The notes under the pieces were generated by a model. The model had not been told where the DNA came from. It saw only the letters and a list, made by a program, of their open reading frames with translations, and ran no database searches. 64,000 bases of DNA from Monosiga brevicollis MX1. Its lineage: Eukaryota. Made by a program: the position numbers and the translations under genes. The first letter of the stretch is position 1. Every line of letters begins with the position of its first letter. The stretch spans positions 1 through 64,000 of the forward strand of contig NW_001865084.1 in NCBI RefSeq assembly GCF_000002865.3. The letters run 5' to 3'. This document shows, one piece after another, positions 22,772 through 36,133 of the stretch.

Positions 22772-25547
22772 ATGATGGCGCCACTGAGCTCGACGTCGAG
22801 GGTGCTCTGGACGGCAGCGCTGGTGCTGCTGGTCGGTGGTCAATATGGCAGTCGCTCTTTTCAGGGTGGGTCAGTGACCCTGGTGGCGGCGGAGGAGGTG
22901 GAGGAGCCCGTGATTCAGCTGACTGATGAGAACTTTGATCATGTTCTCTCCGATTATGAGGTGGGTTGATTGAGAGTGAGAGATGTCAGCACCTGCCCGA
23001 GGGCGTGCGGCGCTGCGATGAGCCACGTCGAGTTGGGCGGTCGCCGTGTGTGAGGTGGTGAGGTGGTGAGGAGGGGCGGGGGTGGCAGGGTGCGAGGAGG
23101 AGAGGACAGCGTTGGTGCAACTAGTGTAGGTGTTGGTAGCAGGGGGGTCTGTGGGAAGGCTGGAATGAGGCGCGGCGATCGAGGCTCTCAGCGTAACATG
23201 ATTCGGGCACTTGCCAGAGTTCAAATGGCGCTCTCGTCGCCATGACATGCCTTTCTCAGCGAGGGCGATGTTGGCACCAATGAGCAAAGGCGCACGAAAC
23301 ATCCTGATTGACGTGCGGATCTGTACTTGTATCCTCACCACCGCCTCCTTCTCTTGCATATGCGGCAAGGTGGTGCTTGTCAACTTTTATGCCGACTGGT
23401 GCCGGTTCAGCCAAATGCTCAAGCCTGTCTACAAGCAAGCCGCGCAACTCCTGGGCTCGAGTGTCAATGCCAAGCTGGGCCAAGTGAACTGCGAGGATCC
23501 ACGTAAGATTTGTGATGTTCCAAGTCCAGTATGACCGCGCTCCTGCGTCGTTCCGCACGGCGCTCGTGCTTCGCGCGTGTCTGATGCGGCTGTTGGCTGT
23601 GGCAATGGGGATGGATTGCACGGGTGCAGGCGCTCAGCACAAAAAGTCTGAAAATGGCATCACCAAGTACCCCACCATCAAGGTCTATCGCAATGGCAAG
23701 GTACATTCATGGCCCAGATCGCCCTCTCCCGCTTCACACAGCCCGGATCGCCCTCTTCAGCTTCAAACGTCTCTGCGCCAGGTCTGGGCACTCACCATCT
23801 TTGTGGGTGTCTTGCCGTGATCATTGCCAGGCATTGCGCTCCGAGTATCGTGGTGCACGTACGCCAACGGCCATTGAGGCTTTTGTGCGCGAACTTTTGG
23901 CCGACGCTGTTTTCAATGCCCAAAGCAGCGAAGAGGTTGACAAGTTTGTCGCCCAACACCACAAGGCTGTTGTGGGCAACTTTGCCAGCGAAGAGCACCC
24001 CTTTGTTTCCACCTTTCGCGACATTGGTGAAGGCATGCGCGATGAATGCCGTTTCGTCTCGCGTTTTGGGTTCGTCTGCGCTCGCGGCCGTGGCTGCGTT
24101 GCAAGGCTTGGGGGGTCGGTCGCTGGTTTTACTGCTCTGCTCGCCCACGCTCATGATTGAATCTTATATACTATTGTTGTGCAGCCCCGTGGCGGGAGGT
24201 CAAGATTTCAAGTTTGAATTCCGCACCAAAGCCGACTACCACACATTTGGCGGCGAACTGACGGAAGAGGCCTTTCGCACTTGGGCCACCGAAGAGTGTA
24301 CCCCTCTGGTTCGCGAAATCACCTTCTCCAACGGCGAGGAGCTGACTGAGGAAGGTCTTCCCTTTATCATTCTCTTTTACAACCCCAGCGACATGCACGC
24401 CGTTCAGCAGTTCACACGCGTTGTGCGCAACCACCTCGCCAAGTTTCGTGGCATTGTCAACTTTATTACTGCGGATGGCACCCTCTTCACGCACCCTCTT
24501 CAGGTACTTGCATCGAATGGCCTCCACTCGAATGCTGCCCGAAGGGAGGACCTCTTACCAAGTGTCAACCTGCCTCTCATCGTATCCTCGGGTGCCCCCG
24601 CTCCCTTCCTCTCTTTCCTTCCGCAGCACGTGGGCAAGTCTCGGGCGGACCTGCCCATCCTCGCAGCCGATACTTTCCGTCACATGTACCTCTTCAAGAA
24701 CTTTAAGCGCATCCACCGTGATGGCGTTCTGGAGAGCTTTATCAACGACATTTTGAGCGGTTCGAGCTTCTGCCTTCCATGCCGTTCTTATTGTCGCGTG
24801 GGTCGAGTCATTCTTTTGATGAGTCTCACCTGCCTGTTGCGTGATTGGTCATCTGTTGCAATCGGTTGCGCTGTCCCTTTCCCTCACGCGTGCAGGCAAG
24901 ATGCATCAAGAGCTGCACAACCCCCAACTCCGTCGCGATGCGGGTCAGGACCCTTACGCCGACGTTTACAACGATTACGAAGACGGTACGGACTCGGTGT
25001 TTGCTCAACTCCTTTTCCTTGAGCACTGGCAGTATGACGTACTCCGCCGCGGCTTGTCAAACATGCGCCTGACCAGCTGACTTGGCTGCTATACATAGAG
25101 CCGGATCCTGATGCACGAAAGGAAACAATCAAGGAGCAGCTCGAGGACGCACAGCAGCTGAAACAGCAGCAGGAAAAGAACGCGCAGGCCGTTCAAGATG
25201 CCGAATCTGCAAGCCAACGCAAGGCACAAGATTTTATCAATCAGAAGAAGGTTAGTGCTCCTCCTGCTTTCGCAGGTGATCGCTGCACGCATACTACCAT
25301 GGATCTGCAAGGCCTCAAACTTAATATCACGCACCGCACGGTCTAACGGTCGGGGATGCTTATGTGAGTGTAGGAACAAGCGGCGCGTACCGGCGGCGTG
25401 CATGCGACCGAGGCAGTCGAGGCCAAGGCGTCCAAGGAGCACGAGGAGGCGGATACAGAGCATGCCGTGCCCGTGCGCGTGCGCTCAGTCATGAACCGAT
25501 TATCTCCTTCAAACAATCGTTACACGTTGCTGCGTGATGAACTCTAA
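22772..25547 (+). CDS. ERP44: ER resident protein 44 (PDI family), multi-exon
   Basis: Signal peptide; FYADWCRFSQMLKP (CRFS motif); ITKYPTIK; PLVREITFSNGEELTEEGLPFIILF; DTFRHMY; C-terminus SVMNRLSPSNNRYTLLRDEL*. Confidence 0.95.
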
Positions 25548-26002
25548 ATCGAGCAAAACAGGGGAGAATTGTTTGGTATCGGAGCCCTGCCCTGCTTTTC
25601 TCACTCACTTTTTCTCTTCCAGCTCCCAATTTTTGTTTTTGGGGCACGAAAATGCCACAAAGAGAGCGCTCTGCGAGTCGCTGCCCAAATGCTTTTGGCT
25701 TTGTGCATTGCGCCTGTTCCATTCCTGCTTCTTCGGTCCTTGTGCTCTTTGTCCGTGATCGTTGTCATCATCTTCGTTCCTTTTCTCTGCTTTTTTTTCT
25801 GAGTGTTTCGCTTGTTCCCAATTCAATTGTTTGCATTGACCAACTTTCATCTCTTACTGGCACAATGTGAAGTGTGGAAGGATTGGCAATGTGGCTTCAA
25901 CATGCAATCAGCAACGAGATCCGCTGTAAGTCCGGTCATCGCACAGCGACGAACAAAAAGTGAGCGGCTCCGTAGCGGTGGCGGGCCTGGCGCTGGTGAC
26001 GA

Positions 26003-29000
26003 CTAGGCGAAGCGACGGGCCACAACCATGGCTTCTTCGCGGCTCATTTTGTCCGTAAACTCGAGCACATGAGTGCACACGATTGCTGCAGTGTTCACCA
26101 ACGCTTCCCGATCCGCGTCATCGAGCAGACCTAGTTGGATGCTGAAGCGAGGAACCTCTGTCAAAGCTCGCAGACGTTTGAAGGCTCCAATGGCAGTGGT
26201 GCGGGGCGAGGGTGCCGAGGTGTTGCCAGCCTTGGCCAAGGGGTCACGGCATGCGTGCGCCAGGGCTGGCACAACGGCAGTCAGCCAGGATGGTTCCAAT
26301 TGACTTCCGATAAAAGAGCGCAAATTGGATGGGGCCACCAGCAACAGCCAGCGCCCCAAGCGAGCTGTGTGAGGTAGTAGTTCCCGTAGCTGGGCCACAA
26401 AGTCTGCCGCCATCGTGGGCACCGGGGGCAGCGGAGCGTCTGAAGCATCAGGCATGGTGGCCGGTGACTTGCTATCGCCACTCATGGCCGTATACATTTC
26501 CTCCGCCATCTGCCGCGCTTTCTCTTGGGCGGCATCGGCTCGGGCCTCAAAGTCACCGAGCATATTCTGCATGTCCGCCACCTATATAGGTTGCGAGCCA
26601 CCCCGCGACGGCCAAGACGTAAGGCAATGGTCAAACGTGGTCGGCAAGGACCAAGGTCAGTACATACCGAGGAAGAACTGGTTTGCAGAGACTTTTGGGC
26701 TGCCAACACTTGCTCTTGAAGGCCGGTATATTCGTTTCGCATCTGATTTAAACGCTGCTCCAATGCCTATCATCGCCAAACATGAGGGGGCGGGCGGAGC
26801 ACAGGAGCTGCTTGTCATACTTTGAAAGTAGTACCAACCTGTGCGTCATCATCGCGCGAGGTAGACGTTGTAGGCGGAATGGGGGCAGTGGACGGCGTTT
26901 CACTTTCTGAATCACTATCATCCTCGACCTCTTCAATGACGAGCTTGCGCGTGCCTTGGGTGGCAGTTGCGGTCGGAACGGCAGAAGAGGGATTGGCAAG
27001 GCTGGGTGGCAGAGGTAGAGCATCAAGATCTCGCTGGGCGACGGCGTTTTGAGGCTCGAGGGCAAGCACACGCTCAAGGGATTTGCGAGCTTCTGCGTGC
27101 TGACCACAAGCGATTTGGGCCTGTGCAAGGCGATACCATGCCTTGACGTTTTCAGGCTCAAGGCGCAACACAGCTGCAGCATCGGGCAACGCCCGAGCGG
27201 CTTCTCCAAGCTTGAGAAAGCAAAGTGCCCTATTATTGAAGGCAGTTGCGCGCGCAGGGTCGAGCTTGATGCAGCGTGCGTACACAGCAATGGCATCGCG
27301 ATACTGTTGCTGCCGCACGAGCCGATTGCCTTCGTTTTTGAGCGCCTCGTATTCTGCTTCGGCGCGGCGAGTAGAGGGTGCGCTGCTGCCCGGGGGCATA
27401 CGCAGGCTCTCGCCTTGGGTTGTGGGGTTGCTCGGGGTAGCTTGGGCCTTGGGCCGGGCCTCGGGCTGGGACTCGGGCTGGGCCTTGGGCTGGGCCTCGG
27501 GCTGGGGCTGGGACTCGGGCTGGGACTCGGGCGGCGCTTGAGTTTCGGGCAGTGATGTTTTAGTGCGAGGGAGATGCGATGTTTCCAGAGGCGGCACGGC
27601 CAATCCGTAGGCGTTCATGGCAGCGACGACTCGACGAATGCCTTCCTGGGCGGGTTGATTTTGGCCAGACTGGTGCATGACAAAACGGTAGTCATGCAGC
27701 GCATCAGCAAACTTTTCTCGCTGCTCCAAAGCACGGCCACGCAAGAGGCGGGCCTTCAAATGGCCCTCGTCGCTCTGTAAAACACGTTCGCAATCACTTG
27801 TGCAGGCAAAGGCATTGCCGAGTTTGAGTTGAACTGTCGCGCGGTTCGTAAGCAGCACATGGAGATGATTTTGCAAAGCCGGCTGGCCCTCGTTTTCCAA
27901 GAGCGCCAGGGCTTGGCTGTAAAGGTCCAGGGCATCGGCGTAGTGACCCAGACCAAAAGCTGACTTGGCCTTGTCCTTGACTGCTTGCACATTTTCTGGA
28001 AGCGCTGGCTCTGGCATGGCCTGGGCGGTCGGGGAGCCGGTTGAAGCTAATGTCGGTGTTTGGGACTGCACGGCCGTTGCAGCATGCGTTTCCTCGGCAG
28101 CATGCACTATTTGCGAGTTCGCATCGTCGTCGTCCTCTTCTTCTTCGTCGCTTGAATCTTCATCCACTTCCTGAATCACAAGCTTGGTGCTCTTGGTGGG
28201 GGCAGCAGCAGGTGCCGCTGCTTTGGGCAACGGCGCTTCGGTCGGCGCTGATGCTTTTGCACGTCGAATGTTCCCATCGCAGGCCATGATCAAGGTTAGT
28301 CAAAAGACGAGTCAAGGTGGGAGTGTATGTGTGTGAAAGGGGTGTGCAAGCGGCCGTTCAGACGAAACTCACCCTTGTTGGTGGTGGTGGTGGTGGCACG
28401 ATCCTGGGCGCGCGCTCGAGCCAATAGCTCCTTGGCCTTGTTATTATTTGGCTGTCATGCACATGCCAAGAAAGATCAACCAGGCCCAATGACCACAGCA
28501 CCAACACAATGTCAAGCGGGGGAGGGAGAGGGTGTGTTGAGTTTGCAAGCAGGCGGTAGCACGAGACACACGTATACGTGTGGTTTGCGTGTGGTTGTGG
28601 GGAGAAAGTATGAGCAAGCCGAGGACGAAAACTGCGTACCTCTCGGTCCAGGCACGCCTGAAGATCTGACTCGGCCGCCTCGAATTGTCCAAGTTCGAGA
28701 CGAGCCCAACCACGCCGCAGAAGGGCCTGTGAAACAGATGGAAAAGTCGATCACCAGCACCAAATCAAGCATGAGACCACTCTTTCGGGGACAACAACCA
28801 CATGGTTGTGTCATGCTGGACTGAGGTCTCAGTGTCTGACCTTGATGTTGTCTGATTCGAGGCCAAGGACGGAGTTGGCATCGGCATCAGCCTCACGGTA
28901 GCGAGCAAGCTTGAGGTGGGCGAGGCAGCGGTTATTGAAAGCCGCTGCAGAGGGCGCATAAGCAAGGCTGCGGGTGTAGTAGATGCTGGCTTCGGCATGG

Positions 29001-30064
29001 TCACCCGCGCGCATGGCCTCATTTCCCTTGAGGCGCTCCGTCTCGGCATGACGCTGGCGCATCACGGGATCTTGACCTGTCACGTTGACGTTGCTGGTTG
29101 GAAGGCGGGAGGTCTTGCCCTGCTGGGCTTCGGCACTTGCTGAGGGGGTAACGTTTGGGGTTGAAGTCGTCGGGCTTGGAGTGTTGGACTCGGTGTGCGT
29201 ATCCAGTTCACGCAAAGCAGCGTCCACATCGTATCGGTCCCAAGCGCGAAAGTCATGGCTGGGAAGCAGTCATCAGGGTCGTCGGCATGCATGGTGTGAG
29301 TGAAGGAGAGGGTGTGGTTTGTAGCGCATCCAAGTTTGATTTGAAACAATGGTAGTGACAGACAAGGCGCGGCGACTGCACGATCAAGAGGATTTGGTGT
29401 CACGACATCTGTGGGCTCACTCTTACCCTGGAATGCGTTGGGCAGTGGCTGGAGCTGACACCTTTGCGGCATTGCTGCCAGGTTGATTGGATGCTGCAGT
29501 GGTTGGAGCAGTACGCTGCAGGCCGATGGTTGGGCCTGCAGCACCGCGGTTACGAATGGGGGGCCGGGAGTTGGTTGGTGCAGAGGCAGCAGCGGCCACA
29601 GTATCGAGCTGGGAGAGCTGCGCGAGTCCAGAGAGGAAGGAATCGCGGTCGGGCTGGTCCATGTGGCGGGTGGTACCTAGATGCTGGGACTTGCGAAGAG
29701 CGCGATGTTCTGGGCACATGGCGCGGAGGCGATTGGTGGTGGCAGTTTCCAGCTCGGGAAAGCGGCCTTCCCGACCTGACTCGAGCGCTTCGAGGATGCG
29801 GGCGAGGTAGTCGGGATTTTGACAGGCTCGAACAAAAGAAAAGTCAAGATGTTCAACGGGCACAGGCTCATGTGGACCAGCGTGGGTGTATGTGGCTTTA
29901 CCAATCACCGTTTGCTTCGCGGCCTGAGCAGCAGCAGGCTTGTCATCGGCGGCGCCGAGGATGGTGGCCGCATCATCATGACTCAGCTCTGTGCCATCGT
30001 TCTCGTTGTCAGCCGCCGCGGCAGCGATAAAATCGGCCACTTGCTGCAGCTCGTTATCCATCAT
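26003..30064 (-). CDS. SPAG1: Sperm-associated antigen 1-like TPR co-chaperone (dynein assembly factor) with RPAP3-C-like C-terminus
   Basis: N-terminal PVEHLDFSFVRAC...LESGREGRFPEL (SPAG1-type); three TPR clamps (ERLKGNEAMRAGD, VKDKAKSAFGLGHY, LKNEGNRLVRQQQY); C-terminal LTEVPRFSIQL. Confidence 0.85.
27452..27535 (-). repeat. Coding 12-bp tandem repeat (QPES/QPEA/QPKA linker in SPAG1)
   Basis: Repeated GGGCTGGGACTC/GGGCTGGGCCTC units on the + strand. Confidence 0.85.
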
Positions 30065-30828
30065 GTTGATGGCGGCAGTAGTGGGCCTCCACGAAGACGA
30101 GGCAAGGGCTGTTGCAGAGGCAGAGACAGGGGCGGAGGGCGGAGGCGGCCCAGAATCGAGTGTGTGCGCACGAACAGCGTCGTCGTCGTCGATGAGGCGG
30201 GGTTGCTAGCAGTAAAATAAACAACAACCCCGTAAACTTGATTACAATCAAGCGACGACTAATGTAAACTGACCCTTGTTATATTGAATTCATGGCTATC
30301 CTGATAGTGTGCGTATCTTTACACTATCGCTTAGAAGGTTTTTTTTTTTCTTCCTTCTTCTCTGTGTGTGGATCTCTCAACGTGTATCTCTCCTCTGTGT
30401 GTCTCTCTGTCCTCCGTTCATATTTACACGTACATTCCCGAAGTGTCTCACTGTATTTGCCTCGATCTCTGCCTCTGGCTTTGACTCTGGCCCCGTCTCT
30501 GGCCCTGCCTCTGTTGTCTCTGTCTCGACGCGCGACTGCAAACCGGTGAGTGCTGATGGATGGGGTGCTGCTTGCTGCTTCCCTGTTTGCGTGTGGGCCC
30601 GGCGTTGGGATGGCTCCGAGCCTCTGGATGGGGTGGGAAGCGACTTGAAAGAGCGGAGATGCTACAGCTGTTTGTGGGTGTCCGAAAGGGGTTGCACGGA
30701 TCATCTGATCACCTTGCCATGGCTGGGCTGTTGCTGGAGGGGCAGGGGGTGTTGGTGTGGAGCAGCGGGCCACGTAGTGTCGTTCCACGACCCCTTTTGC
30801 TGGTTGTAGGGGCTGGAGCGTGTTGACA

Positions 30829-32703
30829 ATGGCCATGGCGGCGCGCGCCGAGCGGGCGCTTGTGAAGACGCGACACCGGATAACACGAGCGATTGAGGAG
30901 CGGGAGTATTACGAAGCGAGCCAGCTGGTCCTCTCCCTCGCATCCCGGTTCGTACGCGGCGTTCATCAAGAGCCCGGCGGTATCCTGTGGTCGGCACCAG
31001 GGTCTCATCATGTTTGCCGACGATCTCTGCAGCCTTCATGCGCTGGAGCGCGACGCCGAGGCCGTGGGTGAATTGCGCAACGTACTGCAGCAGCTGATTG
31101 ACCACGGGCAGGTGCGTTGGGTGCTTGTGGCCCGTGTGGGACCCACCTCTCTGAACATGCTGGTGAATGGCGGCGAGCATGCGTGGCTTCTGATGTGGGT
31201 TGACGAATTTTGTGAAATGGCACCAGGACAAAGAGGTGGTGTCGCTGGCACGGACCATGGTGACAACGCCCGAGTACCGCGCTCAGCTCTCTCTTGAAGA
31301 GTGGGCACCCGTGCTCACGCGCATGCAAGATGCCCGCCAGGCCAAGGTTTTGGCCCTTGCACTCATCCAGTCAGTATCAGCGAGAGCCATGAAACACCCA
31401 GCTCTTTTCACCCAAGGCCGGAATTTGGTTCTACGGTGCCTTCTCATTTGGCCGAGCCACAGGAATTGGGCAGGCAGCCCGGATCAGCAGACGGCTGCGC
31501 ATGTCGCGCTTTGGGAAGCCATGGCGACCGCTTTGGCTCCTCGAGCCCAAGGTCAGTCCAAAGACGTCGGCCGGGCTGGGGGTGCGGGCGTACAACGCAT
31601 AAATAACTGATGTTAACATGGTCCTGGTGATTGATGGGACCCAGCGTCCGATGTACTGGAGGCCGTTTTGGCGTCCCTGGTGCGCCTGTGTGAGATGCTC
31701 GTGACCTCCGAGGCCAAGTGGTTTGAGCTGCTGCAGCAAGCCGTCACGTCACAGTCAGTCTTGGCCCAACTGTCGTCAGTCTTTGTTGATGCCTTGTTGA
31801 TCATGGTTTGTTGGTCACTGTGTTCAGTACGCAGACACTTGAGGACTGGAAGGGCTATATCAACCGAGCTGCTCTTTTCTCTCTTCAGTGCGTTTCGATA
31901 CGCGCATCATTGCCTTGTTTTTCCTGGGACTGATGCGGGTTTGATTTCGGGAGAAGGGATGTGTGTGTGTGTGTGTGTGTGTGTGCGTGCGCGTTGGTGT
32001 TGCTGTTGGTGAGCGGGGCCTGGCCTTACAGAGCGCGGAGTCTATCATCGAGTGGAATGGCGGTCGGGCGCGGCCAGCTCATGCTGGGATTGATCTTTAG
32101 GTTGGTGCTCAGGATCCCGCTCGGCCTTGTGCGTCGCGCGTTTGATATGTGCATGGCGCCGCTTGGCGCGTCTGGGGTTGCACCCACTCCATTGGCCGAG
32201 TTTGTGGATCGTGTCTTGGCGACATTGACACGAGATGCCCTTTCCTTGTTTGAGGACTTGCGTGTGGCCTATGCCGATGTGCTGGAGCAGCACGCCGCCA
32301 CCAATCCGGTCAGTCTGGCGGGCGTTGGGCGTGGCCCGAGCTCATGGTCTTGATAAGGGCCGGTCCCCACACCCAATCTGCTCGTACTGACGCGTGCTTC
32401 AAAATGATCTAGTTGCTGGATCGAATTGCGGCATACTACTACAACCACCAACCGGCCACGGGCAGCGGCGCTGGTCTGGGGATGCTGGGTAAGAACATAC
32501 GAACCATGTCTGCATCAGCCGTCAAATTTTTTTAATCCTTTTTATTCTTTTTTTTTTGGTGTTGGCTTCCTGATCAACCCTCATCTTCATCTCGGATGTT
32601 TTCGTCCTTTCCTTCGGGGCAATGGCCAGGCGATCTGTTCTCGTCGCTGATGGGAGGTGCCGGAGGCGCTGGCGCTGGGAGCGCCCGCGCGCTTCACGCC
32701 TAA
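30829..32703 (+). CDS. GET4: Golgi-to-ER traffic protein 4 (TRC35) homologue, multi-exon
   Basis: RITRAIEEREYYEASQLVLSLASR; TPLAEFV...LFEDLRVAY...|LLDRIAAYYYN...GLGML|GDLFSSLMGG*. Confidence 0.7.
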
Positions 32704-33601
32704 GCCTGATAAAAGTCTGACAACTAGGTGTGCAAGATGTATTGTTCAAGCGTGAAAAACCATTTCGAAACCAATAGCGACATCCCAACTGCACCCTCGC
32801 AAATACGCACACGTAAAACATTGGGCGGAGCGACGCAGAGGGTGTGACGTGGCGTTACACTTTGCACTCCAAAAGAAGCGGTGGTGGACTGCTACCAACT
32901 GTGAGAACAACTGTGTTGTAGCCGCGCACAACATCAGTGAGTGTGTGTGGTGTGGTGTGTGTGCGTGGAATGGCAGCGCGGCCCAAGGGAAAGCGAGCTG
33001 GCGATCGGGGGAGCCCGGAGGGAAGAGCGGGATCCGGGTGTACACATGCACATGCAGACACACATGAGATTGGAGCTGTTGTTGGAGGCTTTCCACATCA
33101 ACACACACAGAATGGGTGAAAGATTTGGTTCTTTTGTCATTTGTTGGTTTCTTGATTGCTCTGAATCTCTATTTGCATGCCTGCTCTCATGCCACACCTC
33201 TTTGAACCGGTCTGTGATTCCCAACTTCTCTGAATATCCATCGGTTTTGACTTGGGAACCTTCTTACCAAACAGAGACATCTCTGTCGACATCGGTTCCA
33301 AAAGCCACATCTCTGGCCTGTGTCATCGCTCTGACGCTATCTCTGCTCTTCCTGAGTTGTGTGCGGTTTTCTCTCACTCGTCGAGTCGTGTGAGTGCCTC
33401 CGCCCTCTCTGGACTTGTCTGACTGACTGGTCAGCTGCGGTTCTTGTCCCCGGCGATGCCCGAGGGCCGTGTGCTCTGGTCGTCTCTCTGCTACCTTGAT
33501 CCCTCTTCCCATCCTCACAACACCCTCTTCTACCGCCCACCCGCCACCGAGTTTGATCCTCTTGTGTGCGTGTGTCTGTGCATGTGTGCGTGTGCCATCG
33601 C

Positions 33602-33606
33602 AGAGA

Positions 33607-33684
<78 letters not shown>

Positions 33685-33750
33685 GCGACAGGAGACGAAC
33701 ACAGAGACAGAGACAGAGACAGAGAGACAGAGAGACGAACACAGAGAGAG
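33602..33750. repeat. (GA)n/(GAGACA)n microsatellite
   Basis: Direct reading. Confidence 0.95.
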
Positions 33751-34369
33751 TGAATCGTTGATTGTTGCGGCTGCATCGGTTCTGGTCTGCCAACAGGACT
33801 TGCGCTGGTTCCAAGTGCAGTTGGTGCTCATTTAGCCTCACCTCGATTGTTGAATGTGTTGCTCGTCACTCTTGTCTGTTGACTTCCCTTTGCTGCCTCC
33901 AACGGTGCCCTTTTCCGTGGCCGCCCTGCCCTCGGTCAGTCACTTGCCTTTCTTTTCTTTTTTTATTCGTTTGTTCTCTCTCGCTCTCTCTCTCTCTTTC
34001 TCTGTGTGTGTGTGTGGCTTTTCCTTTTTCTTGTCTTTGACGAACGACCTTTGGGGGTGCGTTGCGCGGTGGCGCGTTGGGGGTCGACCGCTCCTTTGTC
34101 GTCGTCGCCGTCAACCAGCTCGGCTTTTTGTTGCGTTGCGTCTTTCATTCCCTCCCTGCTTGTGGTGCTCTTTGGTCTTTTGGCCCTTCCATTTTTCCTT
34201 TTCTTATTCAAAAGACTTGCTCACCTTTTGACTGCCTCTTGTTCGCTTCGTAGTTGTACTTTGATTAGGTTGCGGTTGTGGAGTGGGACGCAGAGAGCTT
34301 TACGTCGCTTCGCCAGACAATCGGCCTTCTGTTGAGCTTTACCCTCTCCATCCATCCTTACGTTTAATC

Positions 34370-35634
34370 ATGGCTGCACGAGGTGCTGGCGCCGCTGGCG
34401 GCAAGTCTTGCCAGTTCAAGCTCGTTCTTCTCGGTACGTGCCTCGGACTGTGCTTGCTCCGCGTCGTGAAGATGAACGGTTGATGCAAAGTCGAGAAGAG
34501 GGAATCAAACGGGAGCGGGCATCGGGCAGAAAAAGGCAAGGGGACAAGACAAGCAGCCTGCCCCACCTGTCTGCAGGCGTCGTGGCACACTTTTGTTGGT
34601 CAGATGTCGGACAGCAGGGAGGCCAGCCATGATTTTATTTTTGATGGTTCCTTTTGGTTTCATGCGATATGAGCGCATGACATCGGCGTTGACGCCCATG
34701 TTGCTTGACCGCTGGTTTTTTTGGTTGTGCTTGCGTTTCTAGGCGAATCAGCGGTGGGCAAGTCAAGCCTGGTTCTCCGCTTTGTCAAGGGCCAGTTCCA
34801 CGAGTATCAGGAGAGCACCATTGGTGGTACGTCCCTGGCGACGCACATAGTTGTTTTTTATTTTTTCAGGGGGGGTTTGGGGGTTGGGGTGTGTGTGTTC
34901 TTGAGGATGTGGCTCTTGAGAAGTCTCGCACGGCAAGACGCGCTCAAGAGCAAGGGTTAGGACTTGGAACGAAGAGCGTTCCAAGTCAGGGCCAACAAAG
35001 CCACAGGGCGGCTTACGCCAGGCGGCATGCAATGGGCAGTCATCGGGCTTGTTTTGCTGCAGCGACGATCGTTGACATGGGTTCGCTTGGTTGCCATCGT
35101 TTCTATCGCCACCGCACTTGGCAGCTGCCTTTTTGACACAGACGGTTGCCGTGGACGATGTGACGGTCAAGTTTGAGATCTGGGACACGGCCGGCCAGGA
35201 GCGCTACCACTCGCTTGCCCCCATGTATTACCGCGGTGCTCAGGTATATATCCCATCCTTCGTTCCCTTGTCCAACAACCCTTTGACTCCTGTCGTGATG
35301 GGACATGACCACTTTTGGGTACAGCGCCAAGGGTTTGCCCGGTACTCCTTCCTCATGCCTGTGATTTTGCCCTTGGTCTTCTGGTTGGATACTTTCGTTT
35401 CAGGCTGCCATTGTGGTCTATGATATTACCAACGCCGACACATTCCAGCGTGCCCGGTCATGGGTTAAGGAACTCCAACGACAGGCCAACCCCAACATTG
35501 TCATTGCGCTAGCAGGCAACAAGGCTGATTTGGCCTCCAAGCAACAGGTGGACACCAACGTACGTAGTCACACGAGAACCCTCTTGTACCCTCTTGTACC
35601 CACCTGCCAGGCGTCGACTCGAGGTCTCTCTCTC

Positions 35635-35688
<54 letters not shown>

Positions 35689-36133
35689 ACCTGCACCAAA
35701 CCACTCGACTCCTTTTCTGATACGCGGCGTTGTTGCATGGATTGTCTTGAACGTTGGCATCCACAGGAGGCGAGGGCGTATGCCGAGGAGAACGGCTTAC
35801 TCTTTATGGAGACATCAGCCAAGAACGCCATGAACGTGACGGAGATCTTTATGGCCATCGGTGGGTGCCACGTCCCGCTCGTGTGGGGACAAGCGGGATT
35901 GTAGCGATTTGTTTCGGGGTTGGAAAGTCCTCGGAAGATTCAATACACATGAAGGAGCAGACGACCTGGTTTTTGCTCTCCTTGATATCAACGCCACGTT
36001 TCCCTAACCCTCTTCCCGCTTTCCTTGACCCTGTGTAGCGAAAAAGCTGCCCAAAAACACGCAGCCTGGACCTCGCGGTGATACCCTGAAGGTGGCGGAC
36101 GACGGCAAGAAGCAGGGCGGTGGCTGCTGCTAA
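34370..36133 (+). CDS. RAB5: Ras-related protein Rab5, 6 coding exons
   Basis: [41 protein letters not shown]...[21 protein letters not shown]|...[10 protein letters not shown]|...METSAK|...GGGCC*. Confidence 0.97.

Noticed and set aside
27452..27535. Regular repeats suggestive of a CRISPR-like array
   Set aside because: 12-bp in-frame coding repeats with no unique spacers, in a eukaryotic context.
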